64,000 nucleotides of DNA from a virus (Duplodnaviria > Caudoviricetes). The DNA lies in the IMG/VR virus record IMGVR_UViG_3300025589_000004, positions 1 to 64,000 of that record, one strand, 5' to 3'. How positions within the stretch are numbered: position 1 is the first letter of the stretch; every line of letters starts with the position of its first letter. A program made the translations under genes and the position numbers. Shown here piece by piece: positions 48,382 to 58,763 of this stretch. A model generated the notes under the pieces. The model saw nothing but the letters and a program-made list of their open reading frames with translations. It did not search any database and was not told the DNA's origin.

Positions 48382-50388
48382 ATGACCACAAATATTAAAA
48401 ATATCAAATTAAAAAGCATATATATAAAGAATTTTATGTGCTTTAATGAATTAAATCTAGATTTTGATAAGTTTAGTCCAGGTAATGCATATTTAATTAC
48501 AGGAAAAAATCTAGATATGTCAACTAATGAAAATATAGCAAACAATGGTGTAGGTAAATCTGCACTGTTTTCTGCTATATTTTTTGGTTTATTTGGTGAC
48601 ACATTCCATAATCTATCTTCACAATCTAATATCCACAAATTTGACAAATTAAATGAACCATTAGATATTATCCTAGAATTATATTGCAACAAGGATTTAT
48701 ATACGATACATAATCATATTGATAAATATAAAAGACCAATAAATATCAAGATATATAAGAATAATGAGTTAGTTAATTTTTCTTCAGTAAAAGATTCTAG
48801 AAAATATATTGTTGATAAAATCCTATCATTACCATTAGATTATTTCAAGAATATAGTATTTTTAGTTGCAGATAATAATGTTAATTTTATATCAATGAAT
48901 TATCAGGATAAAATAACATTTTTAAATAGAATATTTAAATTGACTAAATATCAACAATTAAATGAAATATTTAAAGATGATAGATTGGATTTGGTAAATA
49001 AAATAGATAGAATAGATAATGAAATGAAGAATTTAGAAAGAATAATTAATGATTTGAATATTAATATTAATAAACAACAAAATGATAGATTACTTCAATT
49101 TAAAAATAAGTTAAATTTGTTTAAAGATATTATTGGAGAAAAGATTGTTATTATAGAGCATTGTATTGAAAAAATTAATAATTTATATGCAAATGAAAAT
49201 TATAAAATTATAATAGATAAAATACAGATTCTAAGATTAATATTAGATAAATTAATATTTTACAAAACAGAATTAGTCAATTTAATAGAGGCTATTGATT
49301 TAGCAAAAATAGAAAATAGTGATGATATTATAGCCATATATAAACATTTATCACATTTAATAATCACTATTCATAAATCAATTGATTTGAACTTTATGGA
49401 TAATAATATTGAATCAAAATTGATAGATATCAATAATAAAATCATAGAATATAAAACCAAAATAATGTCTAATATGGAATCTATCAATAAAAAGAATATT
49501 GATGTCAAAAATATGCGTTCAAAATTAAATGTATTCAAAGATTATTTATGTAATAACTGCTTATCTAAACTAGATAACTTAATTCAAGATTTGCTTTCTG
49601 AAATAAATATAGTAAATAAATCAATTGATGAAGATAAAAAAAATCTATCCAAACTTAATCAAATCTCTGATATTATTAATGATATCAAATCATTTATTAA
49701 TAACATTTTAGATAATATGTCTAATTCTATCAGAACTATTGAAAATAAATTTAAAGAAATAGAACTATTTGTTAATGATAAAACTAATAATGAAAATAAT
49801 CATATAATTGAATTATTAAAAAAAAATAAGGATATATTAACTACTAGACAAAAAGAAAAAGGGGAATTATATACTAAATATAAATATATTGAATTCTTAG
49901 AAAAATTTAATAAAGACTTTATTGTTTATATGTTTAATAATGTTATAGAAATCTTAAATAAATTGATAGAATACTACATAAACAAATTCAGATTAAATTA
50001 TGTTTGTAGATTTGATAGCAATCTCAATTTATTGGTTTTTAATAAATCTGGTATAGAAACTAATTATAATAATCTATCTTCTGGTGAAAAATGTAGAGTT
50101 AATATGGCTTTATTGTTTGCTATTCGAAACCTAATTTTGATGCGATATTCAATTTCAGCTAATTTTATGGTAATAGATGAATATTTTGATTCTAATATAG
50201 ATGAAGCTGGATTACAATCTATAATAGATGTACTAAATGATATTAAAAATAAAGAAAAATTACAATTATATATAATTACACATAGACAAGAAATAAAAAA
50301 TTTTTATAAATATAAATTCTTTGATAAAATCATATCCTTTACTAAAAAAGAAGCCAATTCTACATATAATATACTAGATGTTGTATGA
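48382..50388 (+). CDS. Recombination ATPase subunit (gp46/SbcC/Rad50-like)
   Basis: KNFMCF, NGVGKS, coiled coil with CxxC hook, LSSGEK, VIDEYFD, IITH. Confidence 0.93.
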   Translation: MTTNIKNIKLKSIYIKNFMCFNELNLDFDKFSPGNAYLITGKNLDMSTNENIANNGVGKSALFSAIFFGLFGDTFHNLSSQSNIHKFDKLNEPLDIILELYCNKDLYTIHNHIDKYKRPINIKIYKNNELVNFSSVKDSRKYIVDKILSLPLDYFKNIVFLVADNNVNFISMNYQDKITFLNRIFKLTKYQQLNEIFKDDRLDLVNKIDRIDNEMKNLERIINDLNININKQQNDRLLQFKNKLNLFKDIIGEKIVIIEHCIEKINNLYANENYKIIIDKIQILRLILDKLIFYKTELVNLIEAIDLAKIENSDDIIAIYKHLSHLIITIHKSIDLNFMDNNIESKLIDINNKIIEYKTKIMSNMESINKKNIDVKNMRSKLNVFKDYLCNNCLSKLDNLIQDLLSEINIVNKSIDEDKKNLSKLNQISDIINDIKSFINNILDNMSNSIRTIENKFKEIELFVNDKTNNENNHIIELLKKNKDILTTRQKEKGELYTKYKYIEFLEKFNKDFIVYMFNNVIEILNKLIEYYINKFRLNYVCRFDSNLNLLVFNKSGIETNYNNLSSGEKCRVNMALLFAIRNLILMRYSISANFMVIDEYFDSNIDEAGLQSIIDVLNDIKNKEKLQLYIITHRQEIKNFYKYKFFDKIISFTKKEANSTYNILDVV

Positions 50389-50525
50389 TTTCACTTTTAT
50401 CTGATATTTGTATTTAAAATAATCACATATTATTTTTTTAATTAAAATATAAATAATATTAACAATTCATATTAAATATAATAATAGTATTTTTTTACTT
50501 AAAATAAATAAAGAGGCACTCTGAT

Positions 50526-50696
50526 ATGAATTATAATAAATTTTTTAAACCAATTAAAAGAAAAGTTATATTAGAAAAGGAAATTGAAGAAGAAAAAATA
50601 ACTCCAGAAATGATTAGAACTTTTGCTAAAATGATAAAACCAAATTCTACTGTAGAAGAAATGACAGAAATATGGGAAAGTATACTAAATAGATAA
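50526..50696 (+). CDS. Small hypothetical protein (56 aa)
   Basis: Below track cutoff. GAGG RBS, MNYNKFFKPIKRKVILEKEIEEEKITPEMIRTFAK...; TATAAATA at 50448. Confidence 0.55.
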   Translation: MNYNKFFKPIKRKVILEKEIEEEKITPEMIRTFAKMIKPNSTVEEMTEIWESILNR

Positions 50697-50712
50697 ATAC
50701 AATCAAATATAT

Positions 50713-51729
50713 ATGAAAACATATTCAAATAATTTTGAAATTAGAAATGCTGTAATTACCTTTCTTGATTTATTTAATGATATATATGTATATCGTAAAG
50801 AAGGTAATGAACGAAAAAAGATTTATGTTAAAACATTTTTTGGAAATAAAAATAGAATAAACAAATTTATTGAAAATATATCATTTACACAAACACCACC
50901 AGTTATAGCTGTAGAGTATATGTCTATAGCTAGAGATTCTAATAGAGTATCTAATCTTAATGAACATTTAAAATATCTACCTGACATTCGTTATATTCCA
51001 GAAGAATTATTGGATAATTATTATAATAAATTCCCTGGAAATCCAGTTAATATAGAATTTAGATTATCTATTTTCTGCAAATATCGTGCTGATTTAGAAC
51101 AAATATTAAATAATTTTATATCATTTTTTAACCCGAGCGTATATGTAGTAACGCCACACCCCAAAATCAACCCAGAAAAAGGAATAATGTTAAAACATTG
51201 CGTTGTGTGGTCAGGTAATGTCAATATAGATTATAATGACAATTTAGATGATAGGATAAAATATAATGCAGATACTTCATTTACATTTAAAACATGGATA
51301 TTTCCAGGCGAAGGTCCATATCAAGATAATAATTATGGTGTGATTGAAAAAATCAATTTCTTCCCAGAAATTATTGATGAAGATGATTATTCATATTTAT
51401 CTTCTTGGTATCCCGTTGATAAGAATACTTTAGAGACTAATTATGAAGATTTAATTGTCGGCATGGTAAAATTACCGTATTACGATAAATTGACTATATC
51501 TGGTGATATTAAAAAACGTGCTAGAAATGATGTTGTGTCTGGTTACTGGATTGATATATCAGCAGCAATTTCTGGTGAAGTAAAGAATATGTATATTCCA
51601 ACATCAGCTGAGCCAATATATTTAGTTACAGATCATGATAATTTATTAATAATAAGTAATGCGGCTATTATTACTAAATATTCAGAACAAATTGATTTGA
51701 TAGATTTAATGAAAAAATATAATATTTAA
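50713..51729 (+). CDS. Tail sheath stabiliser/terminator (T4 gp15-like) with C-terminal extension
   Basis: EIRNAVITFLDLFNDIYVYR, PVNIEFRLSI, EQILNNFISFFNP, FTFKTWIFP. Confidence 0.85.
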   Translation: MKTYSNNFEIRNAVITFLDLFNDIYVYRKEGNERKKIYVKTFFGNKNRINKFIENISFTQTPPVIAVEYMSIARDSNRVSNLNEHLKYLPDIRYIPEELLDNYYNKFPGNPVNIEFRLSIFCKYRADLEQILNNFISFFNPSVYVVTPHPKINPEKGIMLKHCVVWSGNVNIDYNDNLDDRIKYNADTSFTFKTWIFPGEGPYQDNNYGVIEKINFFPEIIDEDDYSYLSSWYPVDKNTLETNYEDLIVGMVKLPYYDKLTISGDIKKRARNDVVSGYWIDISAAISGEVKNMYIPTSAEPIYLVTDHDNLLIISNAAIITKYSEQIDLIDLMKKYNI

Positions 51730-52589
51730 CGATTTTTGGTATAATAAGATAATATAGCTAATGCATTATTATGATTATCTTTAATTTGTTTTTTGGCTAT
51801 TAAATAAGCAATATCAATTAAATTATGGTTAAATTTTAATATATTTTCATTAATAGTATGTTCAAAAAATAAGAATTTGAATTTATTATTATCCTTATAT
51901 TTATCATAAATATCAAATATCTGGTCAAATGCCAATATATCTAACTGTTTCTTAAGTCTATCTATCATATTATCATCGTTATATATTCTATATTTTGGAT
52001 TAATACTAGCTATTAAAATATATATCTCATCATAATCATTTATATTTTCTGGAATATATATATTATCTCTAACACAACCATCACTATAATATTCATCTTT
52101 AATTTTAACTAGTGGAAATACACCAGCAATGCTTGTTGATGCCATAATACAATCTATAAATGATATATCAACTGGTAGGTTTTTGGTAGAAAACACTGTT
52201 GTTTTAAAAGAATTCCACTTTGTAGCTATAACAGAGCAAGGTATTTTATATCCATATTTATCATCAGCTAAATATTTCTTTAATACATTCTCTTTTAATA
52301 GACTATTATCCAGATAATATTTAATAAATGGAAATCTAATTTGCCAAAATATACGTTCTTTATATATATCATTATTTTCTAATTTATTTAAAATATCAAT
52401 ACATTCATTAATATTATATCCTGCTGCAACAAAAGCGGCTACTATAGCACCAGTACTAGTTCCAATAATTTCTGATGGTTTTATATTAGCTTCAAATAAA
52501 GCTTTTAAAAAACCAGCATGAATATCTACACCAACTAAACCCCCACCAGATAATATAAATAATCTCTTTTTTTCTATTTCTTGAATCAT
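51726..52589 (-). CDS. Patatin-like phospholipase
   Basis: LSGGG, GTSTG nucleophile, ASTSIAGVFP, DGC (DGG variant). Confidence 0.88.
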   Translation of the reverse strand: MIQEIEKKRLFILSGGGLVGVDIHAGFLKALFEANIKPSEIIGTSTGAIVAAFVAAGYNINECIDILNKLENNDIYKERIFWQIRFPFIKYYLDNSLLKENVLKKYLADDKYGYKIPCSVIATKWNSFKTTVFSTKNLPVDISFIDCIMASTSIAGVFPLVKIKDEYYSDGCVRDNIYIPENINDYDEIYILIASINPKYRIYNDDNMIDRLKKQLDILAFDQIFDIYDKYKDNNKFKFLFFEHTINENILKFNHNLIDIAYLIAKKQIKDNHNNALAILSYYTKNR

Positions 52590-52678
52590 ATATATATATT
52601 TATTATATATTTATCAGTATTTTTTCTTTTTTTATTATAAAAAAATAAATAATATTAATAAATAATTATTAACTAGAA

Positions 52679-52686
52679 TATAAATA
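52679..52686 (+). promoter_or_regulatory. T4-type late promoter TATAAATA for sheath-tube operon
   Basis: Exact consensus 50 nt upstream of gp18. Confidence 0.55.
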
Positions 52687-52736
52687 TATGTGAGAATTAA
52701 TTTAATTGAACAATTTATTGAAATATAGGTGAGAAT

Positions 52737-54965
52737 ATGCCAAATAGAACAATAGAACATCCTGGTGTTGAAATATTTGAACGAGATTTTTCTTCGATTG
52801 CGACACATGTTGGAATGAGTACAGTTTTAGTTTTAGGTTATTCAGATTATGGTGAGGAAAATATTCCAACATCTATATCTGATATATCATCGTTTAAGAC
52901 TAATTTTGGAACGCCTAAAAGCGATGCAGAATTGTATAGTTATTATGCATGTAAAAAGGTTTTAGAGGAATCTGGTAATTTGTTATTTATTAAGTTGCCA
53001 TATTCAAATGAAGCTACAGGTAAATATAGAGCACAAACATTTCAAATTTTAGATTCAACAAGTACTTCTGGCAATGCACAGATTGCTGAAATGTTTAATG
53101 TGCCTGTTTCTGGTTGTGGAGTTAAAAGAATAGGTGTTGATAGTGAAACAATACTTTTAGATTATAATGATATAGATAGTTTAAGAAATGGTGCAACATT
53201 CCAATCAGTACAAAGTCAACCAATAAATACAAAATCATTCATTATAATTAATAAATCTAGAGATATTTTACAGGGAGATAATGAAAAATCTGGTATATTT
53301 GTTATGATATTGCCATTATATAATGCTATCCCATGGCAATATTTAGCAACATTTGAAACATTATCTTCTCCAATAGAAAATTGGGATTTATTTGCTGGAA
53401 TTAGAGCGCCATCTGGAGTAACAATACGAGACTGGACTTCAGCAAATGATTGGCTTATTCCCCCAACAGATATATATACAAATGATTCTCTTTCAAAAAG
53501 TATACTTAAATATTTTCCGACAATTAGCCAAACAGCAGATGGTATAGATAGAGAATATCTTAATCAAGTAGTTGTTCTAGTATGTAAATCTTATATTAAT
53601 CCAACTTATGGTAATGTACTTAATTTTGAATTTCTTGAAAAACATGTTGGTTCACTATACTACAAAGATAAGGATATATATGGAAACAGTATATTTTTAG
53701 GGGATATTATTAATTCCAATTCTAAATATATAGAGTTTTATTTCAATAGTATAGATGAAAATTTACAAGAAACTGTACATGCTCAAGCTTGTATAAATAA
53801 TGTTAATAAGATTACAAACAATATAATATATACAGTTGTCAACAATCCTAATCCAGAAGATATTGCTGGTAAGATTGAGTGGAATTTGCTGTCGTTTACC
53901 AATAAAGAAACTGAGAAGAATATAGTTTTAGAGACTTTGTTGTCAAATATAGATGCGGCATTAGAAAAAGTTAAAAATGTAGATGATTATGATATTGATA
54001 TTATAATTGATGCAGGATTATCTAACATAGCTCAATATGTGTCTAATCATACTACAGGCGTTGATGTTAATATTAAGTATAATCCAAGTAAATGGTCTTC
54101 ATTAGATGAAATTAATTCTCAATTTGATTTGGAAGTGTGGAAAACTGTAATTAGTAAATTGACTACATTTGCCGAAGCAACTAGAAAAGATTGCATGGTT
54201 ATAGCAGATGCTCCAAGGGCATTAGCAGTAAAAGGAAATGAGAAATTAATAACACCAGAAAAAACAACGGCTACAAATAATATTGATACTATAATATTAC
54301 CAAAATTAAAATATCTAATGTTCAATTCTAGTTATTTGGCTGAATATGTCACTTGGTGTAAAGTTATTAATGATTTTTCTGGCACCGCGGTTTGGCTGCC
54401 GCCAACAACTAAAGTTATAGGAAATTATCTTTATACTGAAAGATTATATAACTATTTTGAAGCACCATATGGAATGACTAGAGGTATAATATCCGATATT
54501 GTTGATATATCATTCAATCCAAATTCTAAACAACAGGATGCTATTTATTTGAAAGGATTGAATTATATATCACAATCAACACAGGGATTTGTTGTGATGG
54601 GACAAAAGACAACTTTACAGAAACAGTCTGATTTTAGTCGTGTTAATGTACGTAGATTATTCTTGAAACTTGAAAAAATTACATATAAGACACTTAAAAT
54701 GTTTGTTGGTGAAATTAATAATTATTATACTAGAACAAGAATAGTTGATATACTAACACCAGTATTTAATAATGTAAAATTGCTTGGTGGTATATATGAT
54801 TTCAAGGTTGTCTGTGATGAAACTATAAATACACCTGAAGTAATACAAAATAACGAATTGAGATTGAATATACTTATATCAGCTTCAAGTGTTGCAGACT
54901 TTATACTTGCGACATTTGCCGCAACTAAATACGGTGCTAATTTCGAAGAAATAGTAATTACTTAA
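52737..54965 (+). CDS. Tail sheath protein (T4 gp18-like)
   Basis: HPGVEIFERD, FGTP, RKDCMVIADAP, APYGMTRG, GQKT, RVNVRRLF, VVCDETINTPEVIQNNEL. Confidence 0.96.
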   Translation: MPNRTIEHPGVEIFERDFSSIATHVGMSTVLVLGYSDYGEENIPTSISDISSFKTNFGTPKSDAELYSYYACKKVLEESGNLLFIKLPYSNEATGKYRAQTFQILDSTSTSGNAQIAEMFNVPVSGCGVKRIGVDSETILLDYNDIDSLRNGATFQSVQSQPINTKSFIIINKSRDILQGDNEKSGIFVMILPLYNAIPWQYLATFETLSSPIENWDLFAGIRAPSGVTIRDWTSANDWLIPPTDIYTNDSLSKSILKYFPTISQTADGIDREYLNQVVVLVCKSYINPTYGNVLNFEFLEKHVGSLYYKDKDIYGNSIFLGDIINSNSKYIEFYFNSIDENLQETVHAQACINNVNKITNNIIYTVVNNPNPEDIAGKIEWNLLSFTNKETEKNIVLETLLSNIDAALEKVKNVDDYDIDIIIDAGLSNIAQYVSNHTTGVDVNIKYNPSKWSSLDEINSQFDLEVWKTVISKLTTFAEATRKDCMVIADAPRALAVKGNEKLITPEKTTATNNIDTIILPKLKYLMFNSSYLAEYVTWCKVINDFSGTAVWLPPTTKVIGNYLYTERLYNYFEAPYGMTRGIISDIVDISFNPNSKQQDAIYLKGLNYISQSTQGFVVMGQKTTLQKQSDFSRVNVRRLFLKLEKITYKTLKMFVGEINNYYTRTRIVDILTPVFNNVKLLGGIYDFKVVCDETINTPEVIQNNELRLNILISASSVADFILATFAATKYGANFEEIVIT

Positions 54966-54985
54966 TTTATTAAGGAGAAAATAAT

Positions 54986-55558
54986 ATGGCAGAACAAATT
55001 AAATCACTAAATGATTTTTATAATCTATTATCAACAACACCACCTAGATTATCACATCAATATCAGGTATTATTGTTTCCACCTGAGACAATAAATAACA
55101 AAGCTAAAAGTATACTAAATAATGTTTCTTATTTTTGCACCTCGGCAACTGTACCTGGCCGTGGTCTTGAAGTAGCAGAATTGACATATTTTGGTATGAA
55201 GTTTTCTGTTCCAAGAATAATTAAACTAGAAAATACAATTAAACTAAGTTTTTGGACAGATAGAGATTCTTCTTTGCGTAATGCCATGATTGATTGGTCT
55301 AGTGTTCATGCTAATCTCGATAGAAAAACTGGTATACAGAATTCTAATCTCGGTGGAGTAAAAACTATACCTTCTTCTAGTATAGAACTGCATTTGCTTA
55401 ATGAGCAACTAGATTCTGTTATTGAAATATATAAATTGTATGGTGTATTTCCTACTGAAGTTGGCAGTTTTGAAGTTAAACAAGAAGGTGCTGATATTGT
55501 TAATTTTGATGTTAATTTTGTTTATCAATATTATACTATAGACAATAAGACCGAATAA
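54986..55558 (+). CDS. Tail tube protein (T4 gp19-like)
   Basis: Follows sheath; SATVPGR, LRNAMIDW, YKLYGVFPTEVG, FDVNFVYQYY. Confidence 0.88.
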   Translation: MAEQIKSLNDFYNLLSTTPPRLSHQYQVLLFPPETINNKAKSILNNVSYFCTSATVPGRGLEVAELTYFGMKFSVPRIIKLENTIKLSFWTDRDSSLRNAMIDWSSVHANLDRKTGIQNSNLGGVKTIPSSSIELHLLNEQLDSVIEIYKLYGVFPTEVGSFEVKQEGADIVNFDVNFVYQYYTIDNKTE

Positions 55559-55622
55559 TATTATATAATTTAATTAAATTATAATATAATTATTAATAGT
55601 TAAATTATAATAGGGTATTTAG

Positions 55623-56396
55623 ATGTCCATACTTAATCTTTTAACTTCTGGTTTGAATAATTTAACAGCACCGACATTAAAGGTGTTTTATGATAGATAT
55701 GCGTCTGAATTGCCAGAATATGTACCTTCACTAGATTGTAAATTTGCTATCTGGATTATTCCGTTTCCAGTTTTAGATTTCAGAAATCCATTGACTTATT
55801 GTTTAGGCAAAGAATTACTTAATTCAGTTAGTGATGCTTTTGTAAACAAGAATATCGCACTTAATCCATTTAATTTTTTGACATTATATGCTGTAAATGT
55901 TACTTTACCAACGATTTCAACTGATGTAGAAGAAATACCAACAGATTTTGGTAAAATAATTATACCTGGAATATATACATTACCAGAAAAGAATTCAATT
56001 ACAATTGAGTTTTTAAATACAGATTTATCTATTTTAGATACATTTTTTTATGTATGGTTAAATCAAGTTACTTCACAAAACTGGGTTTATTCTGGACCTG
56101 AATATAAATTAGAAGAAACTGTGCCATATGCAGTAGCTACAATGCTAATTTTTCCTATAACTGAATTACAAGCACCAAAATTAGGAGAAATAAGTGTACC
56201 AAAACAAATATATCTATTTACAAGATGTTTTCCAACATCAATGACACTGCCTAAATATTCACAAGATAATACAGGCTTACAAACAAGAGAAATGAATTTT
56301 GCATTTACTAAAGTATTTGTAATACCTAATATTATAGGAATGATTAAAAGTTTATATAACAATATAGCAGATCCAATTAAGAAAAATATATTTTAA
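55623..56396 (+). CDS. Tube-fold baseplate-tail junction protein (gp54/gp48-like)
   Basis: AVNVTLP, ITIEFLNT, YVWL, YLFTRCFPTS, MNFAF; follows gp19. Confidence 0.6.
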   Translation: MSILNLLTSGLNNLTAPTLKVFYDRYASELPEYVPSLDCKFAIWIIPFPVLDFRNPLTYCLGKELLNSVSDAFVNKNIALNPFNFLTLYAVNVTLPTISTDVEEIPTDFGKIIIPGIYTLPEKNSITIEFLNTDLSILDTFFYVWLNQVTSQNWVYSGPEYKLEETVPYAVATMLIFPITELQAPKLGEISVPKQIYLFTRCFPTSMTLPKYSQDNTGLQTREMNFAFTKVFVIPNIIGMIKSLYNNIADPIKKNIF

Positions 56397-56421
56397 TTAA
56401 TAAATAGTGTTATGTTGAATT

Positions 56422-57036
56422 ATGAATGAGAATGTTAACAATATATTAGTTGAGTTCGAGAAAGTAAAGAATTATTTTTCTGAGATTTCTGGTTCTATAT
56501 ATGAATCCAAATCCGACAATAAAGATATTATTTCAAATACAACAATTGTATCTGGGACTTCTGGATTATTTGATATATCTACAACCAACGATAAATCTGA
56601 TAATATTGATATTGTTGGTAATACTAATGTTATTGATAATATTAATAGTAGTAAAGAAGCATTAACTAAATTATCTACAAGTCTTAATTCATTGACTATC
56701 AAACACTTCGGTAAAGAATATTCTGAATTAATAGCAAGTATTAACAATTTGATTACTAATATGTTACAACAAATAGAGTATTTACTCAATACCAGTAACC
56801 TGATTACTCCAGAAGTTGTAGATTCATTTTCTAGTTTAATTAATAGTCTATATAATATTATTAGAGATTTATTAAATATATATGTAATGAATTATAAATA
56901 TGATAAAGAAGCTGAATTATTGATGTTAAAACATAAGTTGAAAAAAGATGAGATGTTATACAAATATAAATTATATTCTAATGAAGTTCAGTCAGACAAT
57001 ACAGAAAAGATAGAATATACATTTCCTATAAATTAG
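56422..57036 (+). CDS. Hypothetical helical protein, possibly terminase small subunit (gp16-like)
   Basis: Two long helices around TPEVVDSFSSLINSL, loosely like gp16; weak. Confidence 0.3.
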   Translation: MNENVNNILVEFEKVKNYFSEISGSIYESKSDNKDIISNTTIVSGTSGLFDISTTNDKSDNIDIVGNTNVIDNINSSKEALTKLSTSLNSLTIKHFGKEYSELIASINNLITNMLQQIEYLLNTSNLITPEVVDSFSSLINSLYNIIRDLLNIYVMNYKYDKEAELLMLKHKLKKDEMLYKYKLYSNEVQSDNTEKIEYTFPIN

Positions 57037-57075
57037 ATTCTTTATCTATTTTTTTAGATAGTATAATATCTTTAT

Positions 57076-58092
57076 ATGAATAGTGAAAATATTACTAATA
57101 TAAATGTTATTTATGTCGATATCAATAATATATGTTTTCTATCTCTATTTAATGCATTTTCTAAGTTTAAAAATAACAAAAATAATAATTATTTATCAAC
57201 AATAAATGAAAATACTAATTTACTATTAGATAATGCCTTTGAAAGCCAATTAAATAGTATATTTGATAATTTATTTAATAATATTCATAATCTTCAATTA
57301 TATAAATCTATCATTCCAAATATAACAGATAATGATTATTTTATTTTCTTTTATGTTAAAGATTGTTCATATAAAGATAATTGGAGGAAGAAGATATTTA
57401 ATGATTATAAATTAAATAGGAAAATAAAAAAGCGGGAATTTGATTATAATGCTGTTTTTTGTTATTTATATGATAAAATAACAAATACTATTACAAATAA
57501 AAATAATATATTACACGATCAAAATCTAGAAGCAGATGATATTATATATTATAGTATAATTACACTTAAAAATAATAAAGATATCAAAAACCAAATAATA
57601 GTTTCAAATGATTCTGATTATTTTCAAGTTCATGATAATAATATATATCAAATTAATTGTTATGGTGAATTATTGTCAATAGAAGAATATTTCCAGAAAA
57701 TAATAGAAAAAAGCAAAAAAAATAAAGAATTATTTGAAAAATATAAAAAAGATATATGTAATAATAGATTTTTTAAATTATATAAAATTCTTTTAGGAGA
57801 TAAAGGTGATAATATACCACCAGTAATATCTGATCAAAAAATTGGAAAAATTAAGTTATTCAATTTATTATTAACAGAACAGAAAAAATTACAGGATATG
57901 ATAGCAACTAATCCAATATATCATAGCAATTTTAAATTAAACACCAAACTAATAGACTTAAGTAGAATTCCAATAAATCATATCGATAAAATTAACTATA
58001 CAATCAATAATACATTATCTGAATATAAAAATAGTATAATTAATAATAATCAACCAGATTTGTTAAACAATTTTAAGAAAAGCATATTATGA
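57076..58092 (+). CDS. 5'-3' exonuclease / T4 RNase H-like
   Basis: YVDINN, NWRKKIFNDYKLNR, LEADDII, SNDSDYFQ, GDKGDNIP. Confidence 0.92.
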   Translation: MNSENITNINVIYVDINNICFLSLFNAFSKFKNNKNNNYLSTINENTNLLLDNAFESQLNSIFDNLFNNIHNLQLYKSIIPNITDNDYFIFFYVKDCSYKDNWRKKIFNDYKLNRKIKKREFDYNAVFCYLYDKITNTITNKNNILHDQNLEADDIIYYSIITLKNNKDIKNQIIVSNDSDYFQVHDNNIYQINCYGELLSIEEYFQKIIEKSKKNKELFEKYKKDICNNRFFKLYKILLGDKGDNIPPVISDQKIGKIKLFNLLLTEQKKLQDMIATNPIYHSNFKLNTKLIDLSRIPINHIDKINYTINNTLSEYKNSIINNNQPDLLNNFKKSIL

Positions 58093-58760
58093 AAGAATTA
58101 TTAAAATATATAGATTTTGTTTATAAACCAATAAAAGAAAATGATAGTCTTATTTTCAAAATTAAAGCAAACAATTTAATAGAATTTCAAAATATATTTA
58201 AAGAAATAGAAAATAATCTAGATAATATACAAAAAGAATATTTCAATATCAAAAATAAATTATTTGAAAATATAGATATTAATAAATCAGAAATATTAAA
58301 ATTCAAATTAACTAATAATATCAATTTTCCATCAATTAAAGATATAGATAAATTAGATAATCTACCAAAAACTATATATACTAATAGTATATTATTGGAA
58401 AATAACTATGAATATAATTATGTAAATAAAAAAAGAGTATTAGATAGAATATATAGTACAATCTCAGAGATTATAAAATTATCTCCAAGAAGAGCATATC
58501 TGAGATTAGTTAATGATATAAATAGATATTTTAAATCATTATATGAGCCTACAGATATTAGTTGCTGTATTGGTATTCATTTCTTAGAAAATAGATGTAT
58601 ATTGAATTTTAGAGCATCAGATGTCAAATATGATTTAATAGTAGATTTATTAACTATATTCTATAATATAATATATCCAATATATTTTAGATGTGAAAAA
58701 TCTAATTTGAATGAAATATTATTTATAGCAAATACAGCACAAAATATAGAAGGAATATAG
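58089..58760 (+). CDS. Divergent thymidylate-synthase-fold protein
   Basis: SPRRA, DISCC..IHF, FRASDVKYDLIVD, ANTAQ match TS motif order; overlaps the upstream gene and abuts the gp42-like gene. Confidence 0.65.
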   Translation: MKELLKYIDFVYKPIKENDSLIFKIKANNLIEFQNIFKEIENNLDNIQKEYFNIKNKLFENIDINKSEILKFKLTNNINFPSIKDIDKLDNLPKTIYTNSILLENNYEYNYVNKKRVLDRIYSTISEIIKLSPRRAYLRLVNDINRYFKSLYEPTDISCCIGIHFLENRCILNFRASDVKYDLIVDLLTIFYNIIYPIYFRCEKSNLNEILFIANTAQNIEGI

Positions 58761-58763
58761 AAT

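Noticed and set aside
51726-52589. CBASS operon around the patatin
   Set aside because: No CD-NTase or accessory genes nearby; neighbours are tail genes.
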